From Polyangiales bacterium (GTDB lineage: Bacteria; Myxococcota_A; Polyangia; Polyangiales; Polyangiaceae), in contig JBBRLQ010000002.1 in NCBI GenBank assembly GCA_038231275.1, positions 64,001-128,000 on the forward strand: DNA of 64,000 nt, read 5' to 3'. Numbering within the stretch: the first letter of the stretch is position 1; the number at the start of each line of letters is the position of its first letter. Both the position numbers and the translations under genes were made by a program. The notes under the pieces are model-generated. The model had not been told where the DNA came from, ran no database searches, and saw only the letters and a program-made list of their open reading frames with translations. Below are positions 11,257-20,825 of this stretch, one piece after another.

Positions 11257-12072
11257 ATGAAAAATCGTGACCTAGTCCGAAACTGCTCGTTTGCGGCGCT
11301 CGGCGTCGCCTGCCTTCTGCCGCTCGCGTGCGGCTCGAAGGACAAGCCGGCCGACAACCCGACGAACGCGAGCGGTAGCGTCGCGATGGGTCAGCCGCCG
11401 CCGGGCGGATACCCGCCGGGCGCCTACCCGCAACAGCAGCCGGCCGGCTATCCGCAGCAGCAGCCGGGTGGCTACCCGCAGCAGCAGCCGGGTGGCTATC
11501 CGCAGCAGCAGCCGCCGGGTGGACAGCCGCCGGGTGGACAGCCGCCGCCGGGCGGACAGCCGGCCCCCGCGGGCAGCCAGCCGGGCCCGCTCGGCAACGT
11601 CAACCTCCAGGACCCGAACGCGCTCGCGGCGCTCTTCGCCCAGGCCGCGGCCGCCGGCGGCGCGCTCCTCCAGCAGCCCGGCGCCATCCCCGGCGATCCG
11701 GTCGAGGCGGGCCTCAAGATCTCCGCCGCGAAGAACGCCGCCGGCATGCAGCCGGAAGGGCAGATCGCGAAGGGCAACCTGAAGGAGGGTGAGCACCTGA
11801 CCTTCCTCGTCCCGATGACCGCGGGCAAGTGCTACACGATCCTCGGCTTCTCGCCGCCTGGTCAGGTGAAAAACCTCGACCTCAACCTGCTCGCGCCGCC
11901 CTTCTACAACATGCTCTCGGGGCAGGACACGACCGACAACAACATGCCGGTCGTCGGCAAGGGCAACCAGCCGATGTGCCCGCTCATCCCGGGCCTCCAG
12001 TACAAGGTCGACATCGTCGCCCGCGCGGGCACCGGCCAGGTCGGCGCGCAGGTGTACTCGAAGAACAAGTAA
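11257..12072 (+). CDS. Lipoprotein with Pro/Gln/Gly repeats and PPC-like beta-sandwich C-terminal domain
   Basis: Lipobox PLAC; PQQQPGGY repeats; C-terminal domain shared with the next gene. Confidence 0.75.
   Translation: MKNRDLVRNCSFAALGVACLLPLACGSKDKPADNPTNASGSVAMGQPPPGGYPPGAYPQQQPAGYPQQQPGGYPQQQPGGYPQQQPPGGQPPGGQPPPGGQPAPAGSQPGPLGNVNLQDPNALAALFAQAAAAGGALLQQPGAIPGDPVEAGLKISAAKNAAGMQPEGQIAKGNLKEGEHLTFLVPMTAGKCYTILGFSPPGQVKNLDLNLLAPPFYNMLSGQDTTDNNMPVVGKGNQPMCPLIPGLQYKVDIVARAGTGQVGAQVYSKNK
11425..11562 (+). repeat. Coding tandem repeats (24-bp YPQQQPGG and 15-bp QPPGG units)
   Basis: ccgcagcagcagccgggtggcta repeated; ggacagccgccgggt repeated. Confidence 0.85.
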
Positions 12073-12136
12073 GTCGCCGCGCCGCGCCGCCAGAGGCGCG
12101 ACGAACAACCGCTACCTACGAGAAGAGGCCTTCCGC

Positions 12137-12832
12137 ATGCCGACGTGTCGCTCGCACCTCATCGCGCTGTTCCTCGTTTCCACCGCAACCTCCGCGCTCG
12201 CGGCCGGGTGTGGCGGAGACAAGAAGCCCGCGGATGGACCGCCGGTGCCGACGGCCTCTTCTCCCCTTCCCCCGCTGCCGCCACCCGCCGAGGACGCGGG
12301 CCCGACGACGGCCGCGACACCTGACGCGGGCCCGCCGTCGCCGCTCTCCACGATCCTCACCACCGATCCGAACGTCCTCAATCCTCTCCTCCAAGCGGCG
12401 CAGACCGCGGCTGCCGCGCTGATGCAGAACCCCGGCGCCGTCCCCGGCGATCCGATCGAGGCCGGCATCAAAGCGTCGGCCGCTGCCCACGCGAAGGGCA
12501 TGAAGGGCGAAGGCCAGATCGCGAAGGCGGACCTGAAGGAGGGCGACCACGCCTCGATGATGGTCACGCTCCAAGCGGGCAAGTGCTACGCGATCGTCGG
12601 CTTCGCGGCGAAGGCGTCCGTGCAAGATCTCGATCTGCGCCTGCTCGCGCCGCCGTTCTTCAACATGCTCTCGGGCGAGGACACGACGGACGATCACATG
12701 CCGGTCATCGGCAAGGATCCGACGCCCATGTGCCCGCTCATCTCGAGCCCGCTGCCGTACAAGGTCGACATCCACGCGCAGAAGGGCGCGGGCAAGGTCG
12801 GCGTGCAGCTCTTCTCGAAGCCGGCGAAGTAA
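12137..12832 (+). CDS. Lipoprotein, paralog of 11257-12072
   Basis: Lipobox AAGC; PGDPIEAG, EGQIAK.LKEG, AGKCY, LLAPPF.NMLSG.DTTD, PMCPLI, YKVDI shared. Confidence 0.75.
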   Translation: MPTCRSHLIALFLVSTATSALAAGCGGDKKPADGPPVPTASSPLPPLPPPAEDAGPTTAATPDAGPPSPLSTILTTDPNVLNPLLQAAQTAAAALMQNPGAVPGDPIEAGIKASAAAHAKGMKGEGQIAKADLKEGDHASMMVTLQAGKCYAIVGFAAKASVQDLDLRLLAPPFFNMLSGEDTTDDHMPVIGKDPTPMCPLISSPLPYKVDIHAQKGAGKVGVQLFSKPAK

Positions 12833-12889
12833 ACGCCATACGCGTGCACTTTGCACGCAACCGGCGGCGCGCGGTGCCGATGGGGGATC

Positions 12890-13789
12890 GTGAATACGAT
12901 CTACCGTCACGACGCCGAGTATCCGATCCGCCTCACCAAGCTCGAGAAGCCCCCGCCCGAGATCACGATCTCCGCGCCGCTCGAGCCAGGTATCGTGGTC
13001 GCCATCGTCGGCACGCGCAAGCCGTGCAAGGAGGCCGCCGCCTTCGCACGCCTGCTCGCGGCGAAGGTTGTGGAAGCCGGCGGCATCATCGCGTCGGGCG
13101 CCGCGCTCGGGATCGACACCGCCGCGCACCTAGGTGCGCTCGACGCTGGAGGTCGAACGTGGGCGGTCGCGCCATCGGGGAGCGACCACGAGGTCCCCTC
13201 CTCCAACGCGCCGCTCTATTCGCGCATCCGTTCGAGCGCCGGCTCGGCCGTGATCTGGCCCTTCCCCGCCGACGTGTGCGGCCGCCATTGGCCATTCCTC
13301 CAGCGCAACGGCGTCCTCGCGGCGCTCTCCGACGCGCTCGTCATCGTGCAGGCAGGCTTCAAGTCCGGCGCCCGAAACGCCGCGAGCTGGGCGCGCATGG
13401 TGAAGTGCCCGGTCTGGGTCGTCGCCCCCGCGCCGTGGGAGCCGACGGGCAACCTAGGCGTACCAGAGGAGGAGCGTCCCGACTTCCGCGGCTGCATCTT
13501 GGAGCTCGAGGGTGGCGCCTGCCTCCTGACTCGCCCAGCTCGACTGCTCGACGCGCTCGGACTGAATCGTCCTCATCAAAAAACGAACGCGACCTTGCCC
13601 CTGTTTACGCGCCCCCTCAGCGAGGCGGAAGCCCGCGTAGTCAAAGGCCTCTCTGGGTCACCTCAGCACGCCGACGAAGTGGCCCTCCGCGTGGGGCTGG
13701 ACGCCCCCACGGTCGCTACGGCGCTCTTGACGCTTGCTTTAGAGGACGTAGTAGTAGAAGGCCCAGGAGGGTTCTTTCGTCGTGCCTAA
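12890..13789 (+). CDS. dprA: DNA-processing protein DprA (Smf)
   Basis: VAIVGTR, SGAALGIDTAAH, FLQRN, VQAGFKSGA, C-terminal winged helix; upstream of topA. Confidence 0.92.
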   Translation: MNTIYRHDAEYPIRLTKLEKPPPEITISAPLEPGIVVAIVGTRKPCKEAAAFARLLAAKVVEAGGIIASGAALGIDTAAHLGALDAGGRTWAVAPSGSDHEVPSSNAPLYSRIRSSAGSAVIWPFPADVCGRHWPFLQRNGVLAALSDALVIVQAGFKSGARNAASWARMVKCPVWVVAPAPWEPTGNLGVPEEERPDFRGCILELEGGACLLTRPARLLDALGLNRPHQKTNATLPLFTRPLSEAEARVVKGLSGSPQHADEVALRVGLDAPTVATALLTLALEDVVVEGPGGFFRRA

Positions 13790-13861
13790 CGGGCTAAGGC
13801 ATCGGAACCGTTTTGGATTGTCCACTCGTTCACGTGATATCTCGTCCGAAGGGCTCGTTTG

Positions 13862-16294
13862 ATGGCTAAGACGTTGGTGGTCGTGGAGTCGCCGGCAAAG
13901 GCGAAGACGATCAAGAAATACCTCGGGTCCGAGTACGAGGTCTTGGCCTCCAAGGGGCACATCAAGGACCTCCCCAAGAAGATGGGGATCGACATCGAGG
14001 GGGGCACCTTCAAGGAGACCTACGAGGTCGTCGTCGGCAAAGAGAAGGTCGTCGAGGAGCTGAAGGCTGCCGCCGCGAAGGCGAAGGACATCCTGTTCGC
14101 GACCGACCCCGATCGCGAAGGCGAGGCGATCGCGTTCCATCTGGCGGAAGAGCTGACCGGCTCGTCGAAGGGCGCAAAGCGCGTCGAGTTCCACGAGATC
14201 ACGAAGAACGGCGTCAAGAAGGGCGTCGAGCATCCCCGCGCCCTCAACGCGGACCTCTACGATGCGCAGCGCTGCCGCCGCGTCCTCGATCGCATCGTCG
14301 GCTACGACGTGTCGGCGCTCGTGTGGAGCAAGCTCGCCTTTGGTCTCTCGGCCGGACGCGTGCAGTCGGTCGCCTTGCGCCTCATCGTCGATCGCGAGCG
14401 CGAAATCGAAGCGTTCGTTCCCGAGGAGTACTGGAACATCGGCTGCGGTTTGTCGCAGGTGAACGGCGGCGGGAAGCGCCCGACGTTCCACGCGCGCCTC
14501 ACGCAGAAGAACAAAGAGCGCCTCTCGGTCACCAACGGCGAGACCGCCGCGCAGATCAAGGCCGATCTCCAAGGTGCGACGTACAAGGTCGCGAAGATCA
14601 CCAAGAGCGAGCGCAGGCGAAAGGCCCCGAGCCCGTACACGACGAGCAAGCTCCAGCAGGACGCCGTCAACCGCATGGGCTTCACCGCCAAGCGCACGAT
14701 GCAGGTCGCGCAGGGGCTCTACGAGGGCGTCGATCTCGGCAAGGACGACGGCGGTCCGGTCGGTCTGATCACGTACATGCGTACCGACTCGACGCGAACG
14801 GCGCCCGAGGCGATCGAGGCGGTGCGCGGAATCATCGAGAGCACCTACGGCGCGCAATACCTGCCGAAGGAGCCGAACGCCTTCAAGAGCAAGAAGGGCG
14901 CGCAGGACGCGCACGAGGCGATCCGCCCGACGATGCTCGATCATCCGCCGGAGGCCGTGCGAAAGCACCTCAAGGAGGAGCAGTACAAGCTCTACAAGAT
15001 GATCTGGGAGCGCTTCGTCGCCAGCCAGATGAAGGAAGCCGTCTACGACCAGACCGGCGTCGACATCGAGGCGAAGATCGCGTCGGGCGACGTCTACGCC
15101 CTGCGCGTCGGCGGTCGCGTGCTGAAGTTCGCAGGTTGGCTCGATGCGTACGGCACCGGCGACAGCAAGCTCGCAGGTGAAGAAGAGGGCGACGCGAAGG
15201 ACGCGGCGGCCGAAGGGACCAAGGTCCCGACCGAGGCGGCCGAGGACGCGACGCTGCCGGAGATGACCGAGGGCGAGGCGCTCAAGCTGACCGATCCCCC
15301 CGGCGTGCTCGCGGAGCAGAAGTTCACGCAGCCGCCGCCGCGCTACAGCGAAGGCTCGCTCGTGCGCGAGCTCGAGGAGCGCGGCATCGGTCGACCGTCC
15401 ACCTACGCCGAGATCATCAGCAAGGTGCAGGCGCGCGACTACGTCGAGAAGATGGAGGGCGGGCGGCAGTTCCGGCCGACCTTGCTCGGCAAGTTCGTCG
15501 TGGACGGTCTCGTCGCCGCGAAGCTCGATTTCATGGATCCGGCGTTCACCTCCGCGATGGAAGAGGAGCTCGACGAGGTCGAGGCCGGCAACGAGAAGCG
15601 CGTCGAGCTCTTGAAGCGCTTCTACAAAAAATTCCGCGAGCAGCTCGACCTCGGCAAGAAGGGCAAGCGCTGGAACCCCGAGCCGGTGGCGACGGGCGAG
15701 AAGTGCGACGTGTGCGGCGAAGGCGAGATGTTCAAGCGCTGGAGCAAGAACGGCTGGTTCCTCGGCTGCAACAACTACCCGAAGTGCAAGAACACGCGCG
15801 ACCTCGGGCCCGACGGGACCGGCGCGGCGGCGCTGCGCGAGACGGGGATCGACTGCAACGTGTGCGGCAAGCCCATGGTGATCCGAAGCGGTCGCTACGG
15901 GGAGTTCTTGTCGTGCACGGGGTATCCGGCGTGCAAGAACGCGCGACCGGTACCGCTCGGAGTGCCATGCCCGAAGTGCGGCGGCGACATCATCGAGGTC
16001 CGTCCGAAGAAGCGCGGCGGCAAGACGTTCTACGGATGCAGCAACTACAACGCCGAGACAATCAAGTGCGACTTCAAGGTCTGGCAGAAGCCGATCAAGG
16101 AAGCGTGCCCGGATTGCGGCGCGAAGTTCCTCGTCTACGGCGGCACGAAGGCGAAGCCGATGATCGCGTGCGCCAACAAGGAGTGCGGCTACAAGAGGCC
16201 GCTTCCCACCGAAGAAGAGGTCGCGGCGGCAGCGGCAGCGGCAGCGGCAGCCGCGGCGACAGCAACCGATGCAGGGGCGACGCCCGTAAGTTAG
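13862..16294 (+). CDS. topA: DNA topoisomerase I
   Basis: VVESPAKAKTI, ATDPDREGEAI, SAGRVQS, ITYMRTDS, AHEAIRPT, GIGRPSTY, C-terminal zinc ribbons. Confidence 0.98.
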   Translation: MAKTLVVVESPAKAKTIKKYLGSEYEVLASKGHIKDLPKKMGIDIEGGTFKETYEVVVGKEKVVEELKAAAAKAKDILFATDPDREGEAIAFHLAEELTGSSKGAKRVEFHEITKNGVKKGVEHPRALNADLYDAQRCRRVLDRIVGYDVSALVWSKLAFGLSAGRVQSVALRLIVDREREIEAFVPEEYWNIGCGLSQVNGGGKRPTFHARLTQKNKERLSVTNGETAAQIKADLQGATYKVAKITKSERRRKAPSPYTTSKLQQDAVNRMGFTAKRTMQVAQGLYEGVDLGKDDGGPVGLITYMRTDSTRTAPEAIEAVRGIIESTYGAQYLPKEPNAFKSKKGAQDAHEAIRPTMLDHPPEAVRKHLKEEQYKLYKMIWERFVASQMKEAVYDQTGVDIEAKIASGDVYALRVGGRVLKFAGWLDAYGTGDSKLAGEEEGDAKDAAAEGTKVPTEAAEDATLPEMTEGEALKLTDPPGVLAEQKFTQPPPRYSEGSLVRELEERGIGRPSTYAEIISKVQARDYVEKMEGGRQFRPTLLGKFVVDGLVAAKLDFMDPAFTSAMEEELDEVEAGNEKRVELLKRFYKKFREQLDLGKKGKRWNPEPVATGEKCDVCGEGEMFKRWSKNGWFLGCNNYPKCKNTRDLGPDGTGAAALRETGIDCNVCGKPMVIRSGRYGEFLSCTGYPACKNARPVPLGVPCPKCGGDIIEVRPKKRGGKTFYGCSNYNAETIKCDFKVWQKPIKEACPDCGAKFLVYGGTKAKPMIACANKECGYKRPLPTEEEVAAAAAAAAAAAATATDAGATPVS

Positions 16295-16339
16295 CGGCGG
16301 CGCGACGACGGAATTGGGGTGGTGCGGACATTCGTGGGG

Positions 16340-16777
16340 ATGGATCTGCGCTCGGGGATCGTCGGCGCCGCGCTGTTCGCGGGGGCGTGTGGATCGGTAG
16401 CGGGCACGGAGGTCGACGCGGCGGCGCCGGATGCAGGCGACGCGGAGGCGCGAGATGGCGCGGGCGGCACGTTCGGTGGCTCGGACGCGGGAAGCGACGT
16501 CGCGTGGGCGACCGATTCCGCGTGCGGCGACGGCGGGCTAGATGGCGACGCGGGAGCGACGTTTGCGTGTGGCACGGCGACGTGCGCGGCCGAGAGCGAG
16601 TATTGCGGACGGTTCGCGGCGGGGCTCCGGCCGTTCTTGGAGCCTCAGCGCGGGTGCCAGCCCTTGCCGTGCGGCTGTGTGCCAGAGCGGAGCTGCGCGT
16701 GCTTGGGGGTGCTGCCGGACTATTGCCAGTGCAGCACCGTTGCCGGCGCGATCACGGTGACGTGCAGCTTGCCGTGA
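16340..16777 (+). CDS. Cys-rich lipoprotein, hypothetical
   Basis: Lipobox FAGAC; DAG-rich linker; Cys-rich C-terminus. Confidence 0.6.
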   Translation: MDLRSGIVGAALFAGACGSVAGTEVDAAAPDAGDAEARDGAGGTFGGSDAGSDVAWATDSACGDGGLDGDAGATFACGTATCAAESEYCGRFAAGLRPFLEPQRGCQPLPCGCVPERSCACLGVLPDYCQCSTVAGAITVTCSLP

Positions 16778-16781
16778 ACGG

Positions 16782-17438
16782 TTAGGCGGTCTTTACGGCG
16801 TATGCGAGGCCGTCGCCGAGCGGAAGGACGACGGCGCGCAGATCCTTGTGGCTGACCATCGCGAGGTTGAAGGCGCGGATGGCTTCGACGCGGGGGCGCT
16901 CGGTGGCGGGGACGGACTCGCGGGCGACCATGCCGCGCCACAGGACGTTGTCCGCGATGAGGACGCCGCCCTTCACGAGGCGCGGGATCGCGAGCTCGAG
17001 GTAGCGCGGATATTCTTCTTTGACGCAGTCGATGTAGACGAGGTCGATGGGCTGGGTGATCTTTTCGAGCTCGGCGGTAGCGGAGCCTTGGAGGACCTCG
17101 ATGCGTGAGGCGAGGCCGGCCTCGGCGACGTAGGCGCGCGCGGTCGCGCAGAGATCGTGGGACAGCTCGATGGTAAGGACCTTCGCGTCGGGGCCTGCGG
17201 CACGCGCGAGGACGATCGCGCCGTAGCCGATGTTGGTGCCCAGCTCGACGACGAAGCGTGGACGGGCGGCGCGCGCGGTGACGGCGAGGAAGGACGCCAC
17301 CTCAGGATCGCTGATGGGCATGCCACGCTCTTGGGCGTGGACCTCCATGCGATGGAGGAGCGCGTCGCGCGGGGGCTCGAGCGCTTCGAGGTAGAGCGCT
17401 TGCTCCCGTCGTAGGATGGCGTCGGCGGACTCCTTCAT
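16782..17438 (-). CDS. O-methyltransferase (caffeoyl-CoA/COMT family)
   Basis: VELGTNIGYG, DLVYIDCVKEEY, GGVLIADNVLWRG, LPLGDGL. Confidence 0.93.
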   Translation of the reverse strand: MKESADAILRREQALYLEALEPPRDALLHRMEVHAQERGMPISDPEVASFLAVTARAARPRFVVELGTNIGYGAIVLARAAGPDAKVLTIELSHDLCATARAYVAEAGLASRIEVLQGSATAELEKITQPIDLVYIDCVKEEYPRYLELAIPRLVKGGVLIADNVLWRGMVARESVPATERPRVEAIRAFNLAMVSHKDLRAVVLPLGDGLAYAVKTA

Positions 17439-17462
17439 CTTCTACTTCTACTTCTTCTGCTT

Positions 17463-17990
17463 CTACTTCTTCTTCTTCTCGACGATGTCCTCTTTGAGGG
17501 GCGCGAGCTTCTCGACGACCTCGGCTTGCTCGGCGTCCGCGACCTTGAGCTCGCCCATCGCGAGCTTGAGGTCCATGACGATGGCGTCGAACTGCGCGTC
17601 CGTGATCTTCATGCCCTTGTGCGCCAGCTTCATGTCCTTGCCGGCGTACTTGCAGGGGCCGCCGGTGACCTCGCAGATTTGGTCGGTGAGGTTCTTCTTG
17701 AAGGCGTCGAGCTTGGGGCCTTTGGTGGCCTTGAAGGACTTGTTGACCGCCGGGTCCTGGGTGACGTTCTCGACGAACTTGTCGACCACGGCCTTCACGC
17801 CTTCGGCGCCACCGAGGCGATCGAAGAGGGATTTGGGCGGCGGCGTAGCGTCCTCAACGGGCGGGCCGGCGTCTGCCACGACCTCGGAGACCGGCGGCTC
17901 GGGGGTCACGGGCGGCTTCTTCTTGCCGCACGCCGCGAAGGCGACGAGCGCGAGGATCGGGAAAAGGGCGACGAGGAGGCGGGCTCTCAT
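17463..17990 (-). CDS. Group I truncated hemoglobin with lipoprotein signal
   Basis: Lipobox FAAC; LFDRLGG, TGGPCKYAGKDMKLAH (proximal His), ITDAQFD. Confidence 0.9.
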   Translation of the reverse strand: MRARLLVALFPILALVAFAACGKKKPPVTPEPPVSEVVADAGPPVEDATPPPKSLFDRLGGAEGVKAVVDKFVENVTQDPAVNKSFKATKGPKLDAFKKNLTDQICEVTGGPCKYAGKDMKLAHKGMKITDAQFDAIVMDLKLAMGELKVADAEQAEVVEKLAPLKEDIVEKKKK

Positions 17991-18112
17991 GACTCAGCTG
18001 GACTATAGAGCGAACGTCGTTTGACCGGAACCGGCAAAACTTCGCGGCCGTGAAACGAAATCCAGGTGCGGCAGGGGTCCCGGTGGCCCTCGTTTCGCGG
18101 TAGAAGATCGGC

Positions 18113-20302
18113 GTGGCGGGATCGCGGCTCGACATTGCAGGACGGACGATCGCGCGCTGCGAAGCGGGGGCGCTCGACGCCGAGTATTCGCTCTTCGAGG
18201 CCGGCGATCTCGAGCTGAAGGCGAGCGAGCCGGGCAACGTGCGCGAGATCGGGTATCGAACGACCGTCGCTCGCGCACGCGCGCGCCTCGAGGCGCAGGG
18301 AGTGACCGCGGAGCTCGTGCGCAAAGCAGCGGAGGCGTTCGCCCCGCTCACCGGTGTCTATGCCCGCGGCGGCACGGCGCGAAAGGTCGCGGCGAAGCTC
18401 GGCCCCGCGGAGCTCTTCGAAGGGCGCGAGCTCGACGCGGCGCGCCGGGTGTACGTCGGCGCGTGGATGGACATGGCGTCGCTTGCGCAGGACGTCGTCG
18501 TCTCGCGCGCGGCCGCCGGGCTCCAGGCGCTGCACCTCGCCGCCGTGCTCGCTGAGATGGAGGACGGGGCCACGGTGATGCTCCACACCATGGACCTCAC
18601 GCGCGCGCGGCGAATGGGCGAGCGCACGTTCCAGAGAATCGAGCTCGACGCCGCCCCCCAGCTGCCTGAGGCGCTGGAGATCCTCGCCGAGACGAGCCCG
18701 ACGTCCCCGGCGGAGCGCGAGGCCGGACCGACACGGATCGAGCTCGTGAGCGAGATGACCGAGCGCAGCAAGCTTTGCGCGACGGAGGAAGGGCGAACCC
18801 GGCTGGCTCAGATCGTCGCGGCGGCGTCGACGCGGGAGCAGCCGTCGCGCGGTCCGCTCGCAGAGCCGGAGCTTTGGGCGCTCGAGCGGCACATGAGCGC
18901 CGGGAGCGCCGAGGGCGTCCTCGAGAGGCTCGACGCCCTCGAGCGCACGCGCGGCAAGACGCCGGCGACGACGTACCTCCGCGCGCGCGCGCTCCTCATG
19001 GGCGGCCTCGAGTCTCCGGAGATCATCGCGGGGCGCGTGTCGACGCTGGCGCTGAGCCTCTCGTCCTTCGTCGAGCTGCAGCTGCTCGCGGCGCAGGCGT
19101 GGCTGCTCGCGGGCGATCCGAAGCGCGCCGCCGCGTACGCGAAGGATCTGACGACGGCCCCTTCGCTCGATCCGGATTTGCGCCAGCGCGCCGAGACGAT
19201 TTTCCGAACCGCGAGCGCGCCGCCGCCTCCGGCCGCGCCGCCGACCAGGCCTTCGGCGATCGATCCGAAGCGCATCCTCTCGGTGGACGGAGAGCCGCCG
19301 CCGGACACCGCGATCGATCCCACGCCGGTGGTGACCGTCCATCCGCCGCCGCTCGAGGCGAAGTCCATTCCGGACTCCAGCCCGCCCGCGCCGAAGCCGC
19401 AGAGCTCCGCGCCGCGCGCGTCCGGGTACTCGCAGCGGCCGGGCGTCCCCTACTCGGAGATCACGGGCGACCGGCCCGCGCGGACCTCGGCGCGACCCAA
19501 GAAGGGGTCGAGCGAGCCGCCGCCGCCGGGTGAGATGCCACCGCGCGGCGCCATCGGGCAGCCGCTCGTGCCGACGATCCCCGAGGCGGCGCCGACGCCA
19601 GTGCGCGTGCCCAGCGATCCGCCGCGCGACCACGTGCCCCGACGACCGAGCTCGCCTGCGGGGCTCGTCGAGGTGCGCGGCGAGCGGTCGGCAGGCAGCG
19701 ATGCAGTCCCGACGATCGGGAGGGGCGGCCCGACCGGGTACATGAAGGGGGCATCCCAGCCGCCGTTCCGCGTCGAGGAGATGGACGGCGCCCGCGGGCA
19801 CGAAAAGGAGCGACGCCTCGAGCCGCTCCACTCGGAGGGAGCGGAGTTCCTGAGCCTGCCGCGCATGGCCACCGGGGAGCCGCCGAACCCCGACTCCATT
19901 CCCCACAGCCCGACCGAGGCGCGCGTCCTCTTCACGTACTTGTCGCGCGAGCTCGGCGAGGAGTACCGCGTGAAGCGCGGCGTCGAGCTGCGCACGGACA
20001 TCGCGGCAATCGAGTCGATGCAGGCGCACCTCTTCGAGGCCTACCACGGCAAAGACGTGCACTCGCTCGAGGACTGGCTCGACGTCCGGCGTCACGGCGC
20101 GTTCCTGAGCGAGATCCTCGTGCGCACGCTCAGCGCGGAGTGGAGCGACGTAACGCCGCGCGAGCTCGGGTACTGGGCCATGTCGGTCCCGTCGGGGACG
20201 CGAATCTGGCCGTTCGCGCGCGTCCTCCGCTTCGTGGCGATGGGCCCGAAGGAGCGCGATCTCGTCAGCTACTATTTGGAATTGAAGTGGCGTTCGCGCT
20301 GA
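18113..20302 (+). CDS. Hypothetical multidomain protein (HEPN/Toprim-N-like N-terminus, TPR-like helices, Pro-rich linker, DUF3806-like C-terminus)
   Basis: 729-aa ORF with GC3-rich codon usage; domain calls by motif resemblance only. Confidence 0.7.
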   Translation: MAGSRLDIAGRTIARCEAGALDAEYSLFEAGDLELKASEPGNVREIGYRTTVARARARLEAQGVTAELVRKAAEAFAPLTGVYARGGTARKVAAKLGPAELFEGRELDAARRVYVGAWMDMASLAQDVVVSRAAAGLQALHLAAVLAEMEDGATVMLHTMDLTRARRMGERTFQRIELDAAPQLPEALEILAETSPTSPAEREAGPTRIELVSEMTERSKLCATEEGRTRLAQIVAAASTREQPSRGPLAEPELWALERHMSAGSAEGVLERLDALERTRGKTPATTYLRARALLMGGLESPEIIAGRVSTLALSLSSFVELQLLAAQAWLLAGDPKRAAAYAKDLTTAPSLDPDLRQRAETIFRTASAPPPPAAPPTRPSAIDPKRILSVDGEPPPDTAIDPTPVVTVHPPPLEAKSIPDSSPPAPKPQSSAPRASGYSQRPGVPYSEITGDRPARTSARPKKGSSEPPPPGEMPPRGAIGQPLVPTIPEAAPTPVRVPSDPPRDHVPRRPSSPAGLVEVRGERSAGSDAVPTIGRGGPTGYMKGASQPPFRVEEMDGARGHEKERRLEPLHSEGAEFLSLPRMATGEPPNPDSIPHSPTEARVLFTYLSRELGEEYRVKRGVELRTDIAAIESMQAHLFEAYHGKDVHSLEDWLDVRRHGAFLSEILVRTLSAEWSDVTPRELGYWAMSVPSGTRIWPFARVLRFVAMGPKERDLVSYYLELKWRSR

Positions 20303-20312
20303 GGCTGCCCCA

Positions 20313-20825
20313 TTGAGCAACCCCAACTACATCACCGCCGAGGGCGCGCGGCGCCTCCAAGACGAGCTCGGGCACCTCCGCTCGAAGGAGCGCCCCAAGG
20401 TCGTGCAAGAGGTGTCCGACGCCGCCGCGCAGGGCGATCGCAGCGAGAACGCCGAGTACATCTATGGCAAGAAGCGCCTGCGCGAGATCGATCGCCGCAT
20501 GCACTACCTCACGAGGCGCCTCGAGTCCGCGGTCGTGGTCACGCCCGAAGCCCGCCCCGATGGCCGCATCTTCTTCGGCGCGACGGTCGACGTCGAGGAC
20601 GAGGAAGGCGAGAGCACGACCTACGTCATCGTCGGCGAGGACGAGACGGAGCCCAAGAGCGGCCGTATCTCCTGGAGATCGCCGATCGGCCGCTCGCTCC
20701 TCAACAAGAAGGAGGGCGACACGGTCACCTTCCGCAAGCCGGTCCCTACCGTTGCGGGCATGACGGTGCGCTCGACCGAGACGATCGAGGTGGAGCTCTC
20801 GATCGTCGCCGTGCGCTACTGCTGA
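20313..20825 (+). CDS. greB: Transcription elongation factor GreB
   Basis: NYITAEG, AAAQGDRSENAEYIYGKKRLREIDRR, FFGATV, ISWRSPIG. Confidence 0.95.
   Translation: MSNPNYITAEGARRLQDELGHLRSKERPKVVQEVSDAAAQGDRSENAEYIYGKKRLREIDRRMHYLTRRLESAVVVTPEARPDGRIFFGATVDVEDEEGESTTYVIVGEDETEPKSGRISWRSPIGRSLLNKKEGDTVTFRKPVPTVAGMTVRSTETIEVELSIVAVRYC

Noticed and set aside
11425..11562. Regular repeats resembling a CRISPR or ncRNA array
   Set aside because: In-frame coding repeats with no unique spacers, and no cas genes nearby
12851..13860. Rarer codons in dprA suggesting horizontal transfer
   Set aside because: dprA-topA is a widely conserved arrangement and there are no mobility signatures; low expression explains it
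16222..16262. (GCGGCA)n repeat at the end of topA
   Set aside because: Simple poly-Ala tail; frame preserved
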